The notes: generated by a model not told the origin, from the sequence alone. Positions 47,901 to 62,590 are shown, counted from the stretch's first letter. The stretch: DNA of 64,000 nucleotides from Basidiobolus meristosporus CBS 931.73 (GCA_002104905.1 MCFE01000430.1:1-64000); one strand, 5' to 3'. Translations and numbers: made by a program.

Positions 47901-50900
47901 ACCATTACCAAACATTATGTACTAACCCTGAAACTGTTACACAATGCTCCTGAATATTGAGAAACCCTCCCTACTTAGTGTTGCAGCTGCATTACTTCTA
48001 CAAAGGTATAAATACTGAGCTTCTTTATGAATAAACAACAGTTCAACTATTATCACTATTTTTTGATAAGTTCCTTATATCCAAATTACTTCTTAAATTG
48101 CAACAGGTTATGAGCCCCAATTGTCTTAATCTATTCTAAAGATGACTTCTACCAGCAAACAAAGCAATACCAACATCTTCCCTGTAAAGGAGAGGTTTGA
48201 TGGGAAGAACTACAGACTTTGGATAATCAAGATGCAGATCCACCTTGAGGAAAGAAAGCTTTGGAACATAGTAACAGGAAAGGAAGTTGAGCCCAAAGGA
48301 ACAGCAGAAGATGTGGAGAAGTTTCAAGAGAAGGAGAGAAAGGCCTTTAATGCCATATGCATCAATGTGCAAGACTCCTTCATTGGACAAATCCATGCCT
48401 CAAATACTACCAAAGCAGCATGGGAATCCTTAGAGAAGATCTTTAGAGCAAATTCAGTATCAAGCAAGCTTTATTTGGAACAAAAGTTCTTCAACATGAG
48501 GAAGAAGCCAGATGATGACATTCTACAACTCATTACCAGAATGGAGACAGTTGCAGAAGAACTTTACAGTATTAATGCTGGTGTAGATGATGAAGAAAAG
48601 ATACTCTGTCTGCTTTGCAGCCTACCAGACAAGTATGAGCCACTCATACTTTCTTTTGAAAGCAGAGAAGACAACTTGACTTTAGACTATGTCAAAGGAA
48701 GACTTCTCCATGAAGAACTTAGACGTAATGATCAAGCAGAGAAAATTGAAGATAATGCTTTATTCAGTTCAGAAGGGCATACAGAAAAGAAGGGAAAGCA
48801 ACAAAACCAAAGAAAACCTGGCTGCTGTAACTACTGTAAGAAGCCAGGACACTGGCAAGAGAATGCAACAAGAAACAAGCAGACAAAAAACAGAAACTAG
48901 AGCAGGCAAACCGTATAACTACTGATGAACAGTTATTTGTAACTGTACAAGAGAGTGCAAGTAACCAAAGTAATGAATTGTATATTGACTCTGAAGAATC
49001 ACAGCATTTTGTGGTATAAAGGATTAGTTCAGCAACTTAAAGACTATTCCCATAAGAAAGGTTTATCTGGGAGATAACTCTGCATTGGAAGCTACCGCCA
49101 GTGGGTCTATACAACTAAATATGAGTGATAACTCAGGGGCAACAACAGCAAAACTGACTGACGTACTCTATGTACCTGGAATAGCTAAGAACCTACTCTC
49201 AGTCAGTAAAGCAACTACTCAGGGACTGAAATTTGTTTTTATTACGATGAGCTGCTCAATATTGAGTGAAAATGGACAAAAATTAGCTTTGGGAATCAGA
49301 GATCACAATATATACAAGCTACAATGCAAGATCATTGTACCTGAGTATGTCAACATTGCTGAAATTGATGAAACCAACTGGGAGACGTGGCATAGGAGGC
49401 TAGGACACAATGGGGAACAGAAAATGAGCCAATTGGTGAGAAATCAGCTTGTTTTGGGCCTAAAATACTCAATTCCGATCAAATTGAATGTTAGTAAGGG
49501 ATGTTCATATGGCAAACAAGCCAGGCAACGTTTCAAGAGCTCAGAAGGCATCAATACCACCAAAATATTGGCTATTGTACACTCAGACATATGTGGCCCC
49601 ATGGGAGCACTGTCCTTTGGAGCCAAGAGATACTTTATGACGTTTATTGATGACAAGACAAGATATACATGGGTGTACTTCCTCAAAACAAAGGATGAAG
49701 CTTTAGAGACGTCTAAGCACTTCAAGAACATGGCAGAAACACAAACTGGGTGTAAATTGAAGGTACTACAAAGTGACAATGGAGGAGAATACCGCTCAAA
49801 GGAGTTTGCAAAATACTGCTTGTCTACTGGTATACCTCAACAGACCACAGTTCCTCATACTCCACAGCAAAATGGAGTAGCAGAACGTGCAAATAGAACA
49901 ATAGTAGAGATGGGAAGATCTATGCTACATGATAAGGGAATGGACTACAAGTTTTGGGCTGAATCTGTTGCTACCGCTGTACACATCAAGAACAGATGCC
50001 CAACAACAGCACTACGTGATTCTACACCCTTTGAAGCATATACAGGCTAAAAACCAGATCTCCAGCACATCAGGATCTTTGGCAGTGATGTTTTTTATCA
50101 CATCCCTGACAAAAAACGCCCAAAGTTGGAACCAAAGAGTAGGAAAGGGATCTTTCTTGGGTATTGTGAAGATACTAAAGGGTATAGAGTGTATGATGCC
50201 AAGATTCAGAAGCTGATCAAGAGCAGGGACATTGTATTTGAGGAGAATTTAGACCAGAAAGCCACGGAAATCATTGGCCAGCTGCCTGATGATGCAATCA
50301 ACACAAGTGAAGAAGATACGTACCAAATCCAACCAGAGATGGAAGATACTTCTACCAGTTCCAGATCAGAACAGATTATCCCAGTTAGGAGATCTACCAG
50401 AATAAGAAATGCCCCTGCATCCTGGTGGCAGACATCCAATGATCATGAAGAAGCTTATCTTGCCTTATGTGCCAAACCTCAGAATCTGGAACAGGCAATG
50501 CAAGGTCCAGATGCTACTTAGTGGCAGCAAGCCATGCAGGAGGAGTACCAATCACTGATAAAGGCAAAAACGTGGGAACTGGTAGATTTACCAAATGGGA
50601 GAAAGCTAATAGTATGTAGATGGGTCTACAAGATCAAGATAACCACAAATGGTGCCGTTGATAAGTACAAGGCTAGATTGGTAGCTAAAGGCTATTCCCA
50701 GGTCCAGGAACTAGACTTTAAGGAAACATTTACTCCGGTTGCCAAGTTTAACTCTATATAGGACAATTCTAGCCCTGGCAGCTGTACACAGTCTAGATCT
50801 ACACCAAATGGACGTCAAAACAGCCTTTCTAAATGGGGATTTGCAAGAAACTATATATATGGAGAAACCAGGAGGCTTTACCAATCCAGAAGACCCCCAT

Positions 50901-53900
50901 AAGGTGTGCAAACTTAGAAAATTGTTTTATGGACTTAAGCAGGCACCCAGAGCATGGTATAACAATATTGACACATATCTAGAGGAAATTGGGTTCTCTT
51001 GTAGCACTGCAGATCACAGTATATATGTGAAACAGCTGAAAAAGGGTGTGATCATCCTAGTTCTTTACGTGGACAACCTAATTATAGCTACAAGTGATCA
51101 AGAGGCACCTAAACAGACGAAATCAGATCTCTTCAGCAAGTTTGAGATGAAAGATCTTGGTAAATTGAGCTATTTTCTGGGAATTGAGGTCAAATTTGAC
51201 ATACCTACGCAGAAAATTGTGCTGAATCAGTCTAAGTACATCAGAGACATTCTTAGACGCTTCAAAATGGAAAATTGCTAACCTGCAGCAACCCCCATGG
51301 ACAATAACCTGAAATTAAGCAAATCTCAGCCAGTTATAGATGAAAACGGCTCAAATATGGACCAAGACTTTCCCTATCCATCAATGGTTGGTAGCCTAAT
51401 GTACCTGATGGTGTCTACATGTCCAGATATTGCAGTAGCAGTTGGAATAGTCAGTCAATTCATGCAAAATTATGGATCAGATCAAATTGCAGCAGTTAAG
51501 CAGATTTTCAGATATATATAAGGTACCATAAATATGGTACTGGAATACTCTGGAGCAGCTAATAGGCAAAAATTTGATGGTTATAGTGGTTCAGATTGGG
51601 GTAGGGATCTGATTGACAGACGCTCTACCACAGGCTATGTATTTCTTTATGCTGGTGCAGCTATTACTTGGAATTGCAAGAAACAACCAACTGTGGCACT
51701 ATCTACAACTGAAGCCAAATATATGGCTGCATGCCAAGCAACTAAGGAGGCTATATGGCTACAAAAATTATTCCAAGACTTAGGTTTTAATTCAGGTGAA
51801 CCAACATGTATTTACAAGGATAATCAAAGTTGTATTTCATTAGCTAGAAATCCTACTAATCATGCCAGAACTAAGCACTTTGATATGCAGCATCACTTTG
51901 TGAGGGAAGCTGTAGAAAATAACTTAGTGGAGCTGGTTTACTCCCCAACTGACAAAATGGTGGCAGACATATTGACAAAACCACTAGCTAGGCCACATTT
52001 TGAGATCCTTAGAGAGAAAGTGGGATTAAGAAATTATTTAGTTGAGGGGGAGTGTTGAAATATTGGACTATTTGATATCATTCAGCAGCTAAAAATTTAC
52101 TAAGCAATTCTAGACTAGTCTTAGTCACTGTAGGACTCATTTACTGCCTTAACTTTGCCACTTTCTCCAGATATATGATCTTATGATTATTCCCCTATGG
52201 TCCGGTTCAAATTAGCACTATTACCAAACATTATGTACTAACCCTGTAACTGTTACACAATGCTCCTGAATATTGAGAAACCCACCTTACTTGGTGTTGC
52301 AGCTGTATTACTTCCACAAAGGTATAAATACTGAGCTTCTCTATGAATAAACAACAGTTCAACTATTATCACTTTTTCTTGATAAGTTCCTTATATCCAA
52401 ATTACTTCTTAAATTGCAACAAAAACGTGGGATCTGGTAGATTTACGAACTGGGAGAAAGCCAATAGGATGTAAATGGGTCCATAAGATCAAGATAACCT
52501 CAAATGGTGACATTGATAAGTACAAGGCTAGATTGGTGGCTAAAGGATATTCCCAGATCTAGGGACTAGACTTTAAAGAAACATTTGCTCTGGTTGCCAA
52601 GTTTAACTCCATTAGGACAGTTCTTGCCCTGGCAGTTGTACACAGTCTAGTTCTACACCAAACGGACGTCAAAACAGCCTTTCTAAATGGGGATTTGCTA
52701 GAAACTATATATATGGAGAAACCAGAAGGCTTTACCAATCCAAAAGTACCCAATAAGGTGTGCAAACTTTGAAAATCAATGTATGTGCTTAAGCTGGCAC
52801 CTAGAGCATGGTATATCAGATTGACACATATCTAGAGGAAATTGGGCTCTCTTGTAGCACTGCAGATCACGGTATATATGTGAAACGGCTCAAAAAGGGT
52901 GTGATCATCCTAGTTCTTTATGTGGACAACCTAATTATAGCTTTAAGTGACCAAGAGGCACTTATGCAGACAAAATCAGATGTCCTCAGCAAGTTTGAGA
53001 TGAAAGATCTTTGAAAATTGAGCTATTTTCTTGGAATTGAGGTCATATTTGACATACCTACGCAGAAAATTGTGCTGAATCAGTCTAAGTACATCAGGGA
53101 CATTCTTGGATGCTTCAAAATGGAAAATTGCAAAGCTGCAGCAACCCTTATGGACAATAACCTGAAATTAAGCAAATCTTAGCCAGTTATCGATGAAAAT
53201 GGCTCAAATATGGACCAAAACTTTCCCCATCAATCAATGGTTGGTAGCCTATGTACTTGATGGTGGCTACATGCCCAGATATTGCAGTAGCAGCTGGAAT
53301 AGTCAGTCAATTCATTCAGAATTATGGATCAGATCAAATTGCAGCAGTTAGGCAGATTTTCAGATATCTACAAGGTACCATAAATATGGTACTGGAATCC
53401 TCTGGAGCAGCTAATAGGCAAAAATTCAAAGGTTATAGTGATTCAGATTGGGGTAGAGACCTAATTGACAGACGCTCTACCACTGGCTATGTATTTCTTT
53501 ATGCTGGTACAGCTATTACTTGGATTTGCAAGAAACAACCAACTGTAGCCCAATCTACAACTGAAGCTGAATATATGGCTGCATGTCAAGCAACTAAGAA
53601 GGCTATATGGCTACAAGAATGGTTTTAACTCAGATGAACCAACATGTATTTACAACAATAATCAAAGTTGTATCTCATTAGCTAGAAATCCTACAAATCA
53701 TGCCAGAACTAAGCACATTGATATACAGCATCACTTTGTGAGGGAAGCTGTAGAAAAAAACTAAGTAGAGTTAGTGTAATGCCCAACTAAGAAAATGGTG
53801 CAGATATATTGACAAAACCACTAGCTAGGACACAATTTGAGAATCTCAGAGAGGAATTAGGATTAAGAAATTATTTAGTTGAGGGGGGAGTGTTGAAATA

Positions 53901-54259
53901 TTGGACTATTTGGTATCATTCTGCAGCTTAAAATTTACTTAACAATTCTGGACTAGTCTTGGTCACTGTAGGACTAATTTACAGCTTTAACTTGGCCACT
54001 TTCTTCAGATCTATGATATTATGGTTATTCCCCTATAGTCAGGATCAAATTAGCACCAATACTAACTATTATGTACTAACCCTGAAATTGTTACAGATTG
54101 CTCCTGAATATTGAGAAACCCACCTTACTTAGTGTTATAGCTGTATTACCTCTACAATGGTATAAATACTGAGCTCCTTTATTAATTAACAACAGTTCAA
54201 CTATTATCACTATTTCTTGATAAGTTCCTTATATCCAAATCACTTTTTAAATTGCAACA
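44996..54259 (+). mobile_element. Outer decayed copia-B element, TSD GTTCA
   Basis: LTRs 44996-45364 and 53891-54259; GTTCA at 44991-44995 and 54260-54264; gag-pol with stops and a small deletion near 46150. Confidence 0.95.
47737..52421 (+). mobile_element. Inner full-length copia-B element (4685 bp), TSD AAAAC, frameshifted gag-pol
   Basis: LTRs 47737-48105 and 52053-52421; AAAAC at 47732-47736 and 52422-52426; host RT rejoins as KAKTWDLVDL. ORF pieces 48142-52058. Confidence 0.96.
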
Positions 54260-54279
54260 GTTCATACAAGCTCCCTAGG

Positions 54280-56374
54280 GCCCAACAGCTTGGAATTTTT
54301 GAGCCACCTTACAATCTTATGATGGGATGATAATGGTATTTTGCTGAATATACAGCGCAGTAGGCAAATATACTTAATACTCTTAAAATGGTCCTTGAAG
54401 GGAATTTGATTGCACTCTTATGGTTTTAAAGCAGCCTTCACTTGCTAGAGCAGACCCATCTGGCCAGCTCATTAAGTTGCCACATGTGTAAACAACCGCA
54501 ATAGTATTTTGAATGCCTTGTTGTGGACATTTATTGTTGTTATATATATGGAGTCTGCAGGTAGTATTGTATAGTACTACCATGCCAATTTACCAAACAG
54601 TGCTTCCTTTGCTACCTCCCTTTGCGCCATTTATTTATACCACCCCCCACACTAAGCAGGAAGGAGTACAGAGTGGATGCAGTAGCAGCAAAGACTATGC
54701 ATTCAGCTTTAAGCTTGTGGTCCAATAGCTTAAATATTGTTAAAAACTTCTGGCATGATAGCTGTAGATGCAGCAAGTTGGCATTGGTGATCTGAGTGTG
54801 AACACCATTCCTACAATATCAACATATGACTCCCAATGCTTCCAATGTACCTCTGGTAGCAATGGCTTCAGAAGACCACTTGCCTAACTATATATTCAGT
54901 TCAACCAAGTGGCCTATAGCTCACAGCTTGCCAGCTTTGCAGCAACTGCAAGCTGACTCAGGTACATTTTCTCTGTGGGAGGATGATGTTCTTAGTTTTG
55001 GTTTTTTGAAAACAAAAATATGTGTGAGCCATGGAGTAAATCTACTGGATCTCACACATTTGACAGAAATACCTCCATGGAGCCCAGAAAAGCTGGCTAT
55101 CTTGTTGGAGCTTGAGTATCTTCTTTACAGATACTGACATGCGCTTTGCCAGGTTGGTATCCTGCAGGAGAGCTTACAATATTCATGCAGCAAGGGATAC
55201 AGGTAGCTTTAATGTTGAAAAGAGATTTAGGCCCATATATCAGTGAGAATACTGTCAGATTCCTGCTCTTGTACCCTAAAATTAGTACTGGATACAGATT
55301 GATGGAAATTGCGGGCCAGCAGGATTTACTGGCATAGTACTGTTTCAGTAATAATCCATCAAGAGCCAAGGCAAAGGCATAGTATTACATACCTCCAAAG
55401 CAGACCTTACTGCTTAGCTGCTTCTAATGTTTGCCATTGAATATATCAGAAACTTTTGCATATGATTGAAGCTGTATGCAGTACTCTATTGCTTCACAAT
55501 TTTTGTTGAACTGCATATGCATCTTTAAATGGTGTATTAGTGGAATATAAGTAGGTGTGAGAAATATTTTACCCCTATGATGGTAAATTTCCAACAAGTC
55601 TGACACCTTACAATAGTGGTGCTTTCTAATCTGAATGCCATGCCACTGTTGACACATGCTGGTATCAAGATGGTCCTTGGCTCATATGTTGTCAGCTGCC
55701 TGATGGTATTCCACCTGTACCAAGTACATGGTAAGTTGCATCCCAGAATGCCTTTGTCAAGAGTAGCAGTAAATCCTCAAAGCTCCCATTACTGATGTGA
55801 TGGAGGTATGCCACCGCTCTAGCTGCAGCATTGCATCATTCACTTGCAACTGGACTACTGGGCTCACTTGACTCTGTAATGTATCCTTGGCATTTTTCCG
55901 CAGGTGCTGTCTCATTGCACATTGGGATTTTGTTGGGCTTGCACAGGGTACTGTTATGTAGGGAGTTAGGCTCACAATCCATGAGTGAGCTTTCTTCTTT
56001 GATGCTATACTCTGCAGGCCATATTCAGAAGGTAAGGTAAGCCTTAATGTGTGAAAATCACACCTGAGCCAGTTTGCATAAGGTGAAGAGTACAGCTAGG
56101 TGCTATGATAGAAGTGCCAAGTGGCTAGCAGGATATTGTGGATAGAGTAGTATCTGAGAAATGGTCATATATTACTTGAGTGGCAAACCACTGGCTGTGA
56201 TCCTGGTAATACTTCTATGCTGACTACATGGTTGTTTTTCCCTTCTCTTATGGCATGGAATCAAAGAAGTCTTGTCCATAGGGCTAACAGCTTGACACTC
56301 AACAGCATAATGCTATTTTGTCACTTTTTATCATTACTACTGTGATTTTGAAACATTCCTATATCTGAGATGAT
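54280..56374 (-). pseudogene. Family-D transposase relic (opposite-orientation copy)
   Basis: LIPACVNS, TYIPLIHHLK...VSDIFNGKH (55424-55657), ASFSGLHG; right-subterminal homology near 54300. Confidence 0.75.
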
Positions 56375-56560
56375 AAACCTGTTCCATTGATGATTGCAAC
56401 ATTGAGCCATGGATGCCAAATAACCCCATAGTGTGCCTTAGAGGTAAAGCTGACCTATACTTGCCACAGTGGGTGAAGGATAGTTTTACATCTGTGTGCA
56501 ACAAAAGCATCATATTTTGCCTACCGCCCTGGAGAAAATCATTTTTTTTGACTGTTTTTT
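56375..56560. mobile_element. Degenerate single arm of the foldback family
   Basis: AAACCTGTTCC...CATTGAGCCATG...GGAGAAAATC aligns with 62870-63055. Confidence 0.7.
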
Positions 56561-56572
56561 AAGATTTATAAT

Positions 56573-59500
56573 CCCTTTGAGAAACTGTTATGATGACCCC
56601 ATCAGAAAGCTATCAAAAATTAAAGTACATTGGCTAAGAAGAATTGATCTATATAACCCCCCATACCCAATGCTAACATTAAGCCCAACCCCACACTCAA
56701 CCAGTACATCTATTAATATCCACCATTCAATAATTATTTTGCTGTAATGCCCTTTTTGAATAGCTTTGGCAGGAACCCTGCAGCTTTATGACACTGTTCA
56801 TTCATTGGTTCCCATACATCCAGGTCTTCAGCTGGCACTGCAGTTTTGAGTACCTCATCTGGCAGTTGTTGCAACAGATCCTTACAATATTCAACTGTGT
56901 TTTCTTGACCAATACACTTGAAGTAGTGCTGCAACCTCTAGGTGCTACTATTAACATTCCAAAATTCCACTATATGCCTTTTGATGATCTTTTCAGTTTA
57001 TGATATTGTTTATATGTCTGTTGGTACAATCTCCACTCTGTCTACAATGGAGGGCATGGAGGCAGTGGTAGATGAGTTGCTTTTCTTGGTAAACTGGCAC
57101 ACCTCACTAGAGTATAGCTCAACTGGCTGCACTTCCAGCTTGTGAGAAAACCGCTGTTTTGTAGTTGGTAACTTTTTTAGGCTATGATGAGATTTAGCCT
57201 GTTTTAGACAGACAGCATTAATAAGTGAGAACTGCAACTCTGTTTTGCTGCCTCACTCTCCTCTGTCCTTCACTGCTACTGTGACCAAGTGCTTCCTATT
57301 GTATTGTACTTTGTTTGTCCTTTGTCAATGCTCCAATGCAGCATCTGTTTTTGCTTGCTTGTCCCATGCAGGCACTCTGTTGGCAGCTTGGCATATCTTG
57401 GCCAATTGTATGGGGATTCCAGCCCTGCTTTTGACAGGCTTCTGAGAAAGCTGCAGGCCGTTATCATTGTCAAGTCTTGCACTGCTACTGTGACTGAGCT
57501 GTGGCTACTTTGTGCTATTCTTGATATGCTTTCTTAGCATTCCATTGCTGGCCTAAGATCTGTTTGCTTGCTTGAATCCCAAATGATACTTATGAAACAG
57601 GTCCAGTACATTCTGCTTGGGCCAGAGCTCCTGGAGGTGTCAAGGTATGCCAGCCTTAAGATGATGCTGTGCTAGACTTCCAACTTCCTCTTGAATATTA
57701 ACCCACAATACATCAGTGTACTCATCAGCTACTTGGATCTTGAATGTCATTTAACTGTAGGCTTGTGTATAAGCCCTACAATCTCTCCCTCTCATGCAGT
57801 GTTAAGCTTTTCTGTGAACTTTATCATTGGGCACTACTGTTACACTTCAAAGACTGTACAGAGCTCCTCTGCTGCTACATTGGGGAATGGCCCAATTCTT
57901 GGCTGTAACATTGAGCTACTTGAGTTCCTTCTTTGTAGCATAGAAAATGCATTCTCTACTTGGGATATTGATTGCACCACACGTATTATCTGCTTATCTT
58001 GTTTCTAGACTATTCTCTGATATCTCTGGGCCATTGCATCTATCCTATTGACCACTGCACCTAATTGGCTCATCTGTGCTTTGATAAGAGCTGACACCAC
58101 ACTGGCTATTACAGAAAATGGAGATACTATGGCAGTCACTAGCTGGTTCCTCTGCTGCTGTCAACAGTGGGTCTTAACTGGGAACCAGATGACTTTGCTT
58201 TATTTTTTGGGGGAATATGTAAGGAAGTGACTCAAACCAAAGTGGAAACAGACAACTTTGCTTTATTTTTTGGCGGCATATATATGGAAGTGAGTCAAAC
58301 CAAAGGGGAAATAGTGTTACATATACGTGTGTATGTGGTACCACAACTTTTTTTATAATGTTTACCATGGCAGGTCATTGTCAATTCTTACATTCATGTA
58401 GGTGCAATGTCTCAAATACAAGGTTGTCTTAAATTCATATGAGAACTGACAAGCAAGAGATATAGTAACATTATACTGTTGAGTATCCAACTGTTTGCCT
58501 CATGGAGAAGACTACTTTGATTCAATGCCATAAGAGAAGAAGAAAAGGTCCAAGTGGCTATTGTAACATGCCTCTTAGCCATGGATCATACAGACAGCAT
58601 AGGAAATATCACAAGAATTATGGACAATGTTTTGCGCATCATTGATATTTGACTATTCATCAGTCACTGCTGTACCAACAGTAGCTTGCTAGCCACTAGA
58701 TATTTCTGTATAGGCACCTAGCCATACTTGTTACCTTGTGCAAACTGAGTGAGGTGATCTTGTGATGCCTTTGAGCTCACCTCAGCCATCTAAATATTGC
58801 ATACACAGTGATTACTTTGAAGAAGATGGTGTACTGATGGAATGCCAGCCTATCTCCCTTGACAACAGTAACTTGCAGGAGCCTGCTAAAAAGCTAATAT
58901 GCAAAAAGACAACACCTGTAGAGAAAATTGTCAAGGGCACTCTGATTCATGATCACATGGCATCTATGACCTTGCATGATTTGACCAAATCAAGTTGGTG
59001 AAGCAATTCCAGCTCCTTCTAGAAAGTTCTACTACATTCTAGCAGCTTCTAGAAAGCTCCAAGTCAATGTAAAAAATGGATCATTTTATGGAAGCTTTCC
59101 TTGGAAGCATATGTAGCTCTGTGCCATGTATGGTAGTTGCAAGTCACATGGCCTAGTCACATTATCAGATGACTCTTGGCATATCCCCATGGGATGTTCT
59201 AGTCTGTTCTTTAGTATATCTTTATCTTGGCATATTTACTGTGCCTCACCCCACAACCCCAGCAGTATTGGCCAATATCTCTTGGTATCCACATTATCCA
59301 AAAATTTATATAGTTCTATCCCCTCTTATGTATTTCTAGTCTGATAAAACACAGGTCTTAAATAAACAGCCTTGCCTTGAAAATCCTCCTTGCTTATATA
59401 TACTTTTCAGCCCAATACTACCAAATGACTGTTATACCTGAGCTCATATTATTATCTGTGTTGGAAAAACCCCAGTCATTAGCAAGATAGCCAGCTTTTC

Positions 59501-60480
59501 TGGGCACAATGGACAGTATTGTCCTTGAATGTGTTAGGTCCAAGGCATTTACTCCATAACCCTCACACATTGCTATTATCCAAACACCACACCCAGAACC
59601 TCATCTTCCCACAGAGAGAGTGTGCAGAAGTCAGCATGCAATTGCAGCAAAGTTGGCAAACTATTGGCCATTGGCCAGAATATAGAATTAATTGGAAACC
59701 AGAGATACTTAAGATAGAGGATATCTATTGGAGCATAAGACAACTTTGCCAAAGTATGCCGGGTTTCTCTTGGTCACAAGCCAGTTTCTACATCATTCAA
59801 TACAGAACTCACACAAGTAAGAGCCAGAGCACCTATAATGGAACTTGTATCCAGCGGGGAGAATGAATATGTTGACTATATACTAAGAAGCTCTTGGCAG
59901 ATATTCAGAGGTATTCATAGCAAAGTGGTAACAATCAAGCATTATGTTGCAAGATGTATGAGTTAGCAGTGGTACAAGGTATATGGCAACTTTGCAAGCA
60001 TCACACCAAAGAGCTGCAAGATTGAGGTGTTAGAAGGACTCAAATTGCAGTGGGTGTGCATGTATGCAGAGGTCAGTATGCAGGAGGCCATAATTTTTTT
60101 GATTCAAGCTATATGTGGAATACCCATGGTAGCTATGGGTAAGCAAATAAAATGAGGTAGCTCTGCAGTGAAATAAATGAGTGACATAAACAGAGGTAGA
60201 GCAAGAAATTACCATTTAGCAGATTGGTATTGTAGCATTATACAGAACCAGCTGTAGGCTGCTATACTGACAATACAATGCAAGAGGAGGTTAGCAATGA
60301 GGTCTTCAGAGTACTGTCAAGTTTTTTGCCATATAAGGTAGTTAGATATATTAGCTGGCTTGGTCTGCCCAACATAATGCCAGCAGCTTGGAATTGTTGG
60401 CCTGCTACACAATAAAATGACAAGATTTTGATGGTATCTTGACAATCTCATTGCCAAATAAAGATTAAGACTTGACAGTG
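56573..60480. mobile_element. Family-D copy: left TIR, ORF2 (-), intergenic region, deleted transposase (+)
   Basis: CCCTTTGAGAAA at 56573; ORF 56734-56934; same divergent layout as 20772-28005. Right end not seen. Confidence 0.72.
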
Positions 60481-60559
60481 TTTAAGCGGTCTTTGGACTA
60501 GAATTCCATTTCATTATAACAGTCTGCATGCACTTGACATTTCTTTGAGCAGATCCAAT

Positions 60560-61532
60560 GTAATTTAGCCTCTATTTTACTTCTTGTTGTTAGATTCTAG
60601 TCCCCCTTAAAGGTGCACTCTGGCTCTTGTTTATCTAGATTCTGTAATGAGTGGAGTTGGTGCTGGCTTGTGATCAAAAGAAACCCAGAATATTCTGGTA
60701 AAGTTCTCCTATTAAAAGCTGGCTGCTTGTTGTGCCCAACCCAACTTTTCATTACTCAACTGATTACCCCTGTGTTGGGGCTGCTTAGCCTCTCAATGCC
60801 AGAGCCAGAGGTATTGCATGTGCACATCTGTCCTCAGTATCTGCCAACTCTTTCAGGCTGTCCTCCATGCACCAAGTCATCACATATATGACAGACCTGA
60901 AGGTAATATTCTTAATGAGATAGGGATATGATACTACATGCTACTTGACTTGACTTCTATCTCCCCACACATCCCCTCCATAGAAAACTCCCAACAGGTA
61001 AGGCAAGGCCCTATATTTTTGATGCACCTAGCAAGATGGAGCAGATTATGAATACAGTAGCGGTATTGATCCATGAACTCAGCTTTATACTTGCAGTATA
61101 GCCTCTCAAACCCCACCGCAAGCTCTTTGCATAAAAGCTGTAGATGTGTCAAGTTGGCATTGGTGATTGGCTTCTGGATACATATTCCTGCAGTGTCAAC
61201 ATATGACCCCCAATACTTCTAATATACACTCAGTAGAAACAGCTTCAGAATATCACTTGAATCAATACATATCCAGTTCACCCATCCTTGCATCTGTACT
61301 GGTGCATATGCATACAAAATTGATTAGAGCCCATCAGAAGTATAATGGGTAGTAAATACTCTGTAATATGTTTCCAATTCTGTAAAATTTGTCTGGTATC
61401 TTGAGGGTGCATTGAGCTTGAACTGCCCCATATATAACTTGATCATCGGTATAAATTTATTATTAAAGAGCAAAAACATTGATCCCAGTGAATAGCTGTT
61501 GCTCCAACAGATACCCTATAACTTTGGTATCT
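60560..61532 (-). pseudogene. Family-D transposase C-terminal relic
   Basis: ORF 60934-61152 YCIHNLLHLARCIKNIGPCLTCWEFSMEGMCGEI. Confidence 0.8.
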
Positions 61533-62590
61533 CCCCATAAGAGCAATAATTGTGGTTATCCCATCAATAGACCATCACAAACTTAAAGTCCTGTAACTAA
61601 GAGGTACTGATCCTGTCAGGGCCCCAAGCAAAGATCATCAAAAAACAATTGCACCCCATATCTCACAAAGAACTTAGTCAATATTTTTGACTACAACAAC
61701 CTATATGTGACTTTTGGCTGTTCCTCTTCAAATTCACTCACTTTCTGTTCCTGGTCACTCAGTCACCTTCTATGTTTGTGCACATTGATTGGCTACTGCC
61801 TCTCTTTCACACTCCTTACACCCCGACTTAACCTATTCTCTAAACTTTGATGCATATATTAATATATTTCCATTGAAACCTCAGTTATACCTCAGTTGCA
61901 AATTGTGCTGGTATACAAGTCCCTATACCAAATACAAAAAATATGCCCTGCCCCACACTCAACAAGTACTTTCATCAAAATTCACCATTCAATAAATATA
62001 TCTGCTTAAATGTGTTTTTCCATGACTGTGGCAGGAACCCTGTAGCTTAATGCCTCAGTTCTTTGACTGGTTCCCATAAGTCCTGGTCTTCAGCCAGCAC
62101 TGAAAGGTTTAGCACCTTATCTGCCGGTCTTTGCAATATGTTCTTGCTATATTTGAGTGTGTTTTCCTGAGCACTGCTCTTGAAGTAGTATGCAACCTCT
62201 TGGTGTGCCTATTGATGCTTCAAAATTCCACTTTAGGCATTGCAATAGTCCTTTGAGTTATTGAAGTTGTTGCTCTGTCTGTTTGTAGGATCTCTGCTCT
62301 GTCTACTATGGATGACATTGAGGCAGTGGTAGACATATTGCTTTGAACTGCATACTCATCTACCTCACTGGACTGTGGCTCAACAAGCTGCACCTCCTAC
62401 TCTTGATAAAGCAGCTATTTTCTAGTTGGTAATTCCTCTTGGCTATTATGGGATTCAGCCTGCTCTGGGTTGGTGGCATTATTTGATGAGAACTGCAACC
62501 TTTTTCTGATGCTTTCTTGTCTCAGGCTTGAGTAGATCTTTTTCTCATATCCTTTACCTAAATAAACACCCAGTCTTTCACTGCTGCTGC
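61533..62590 (-). mobile_element. Left end of a family-D copy inserted into another D transposase
   Basis: Degenerate TIR CCCCATAAGAGCAATAATT followed by ORF2 C-terminal homology. Confidence 0.65.

Noticed and set aside
38280-50439. Antisense and alternate-frame ORFs over copia-B (e.g. 38280-38582, 39507-39842, 49444-49779)
   Set aside because: They are shadows of gag-pol that recur only because the copies are near-identical.
58960-59430. Possible LTR with TTCTAGAA motifs inside the D transposase
   Set aside because: Looks LTR-like, but I could not define TG...CA ends, a TSD or a second copy.
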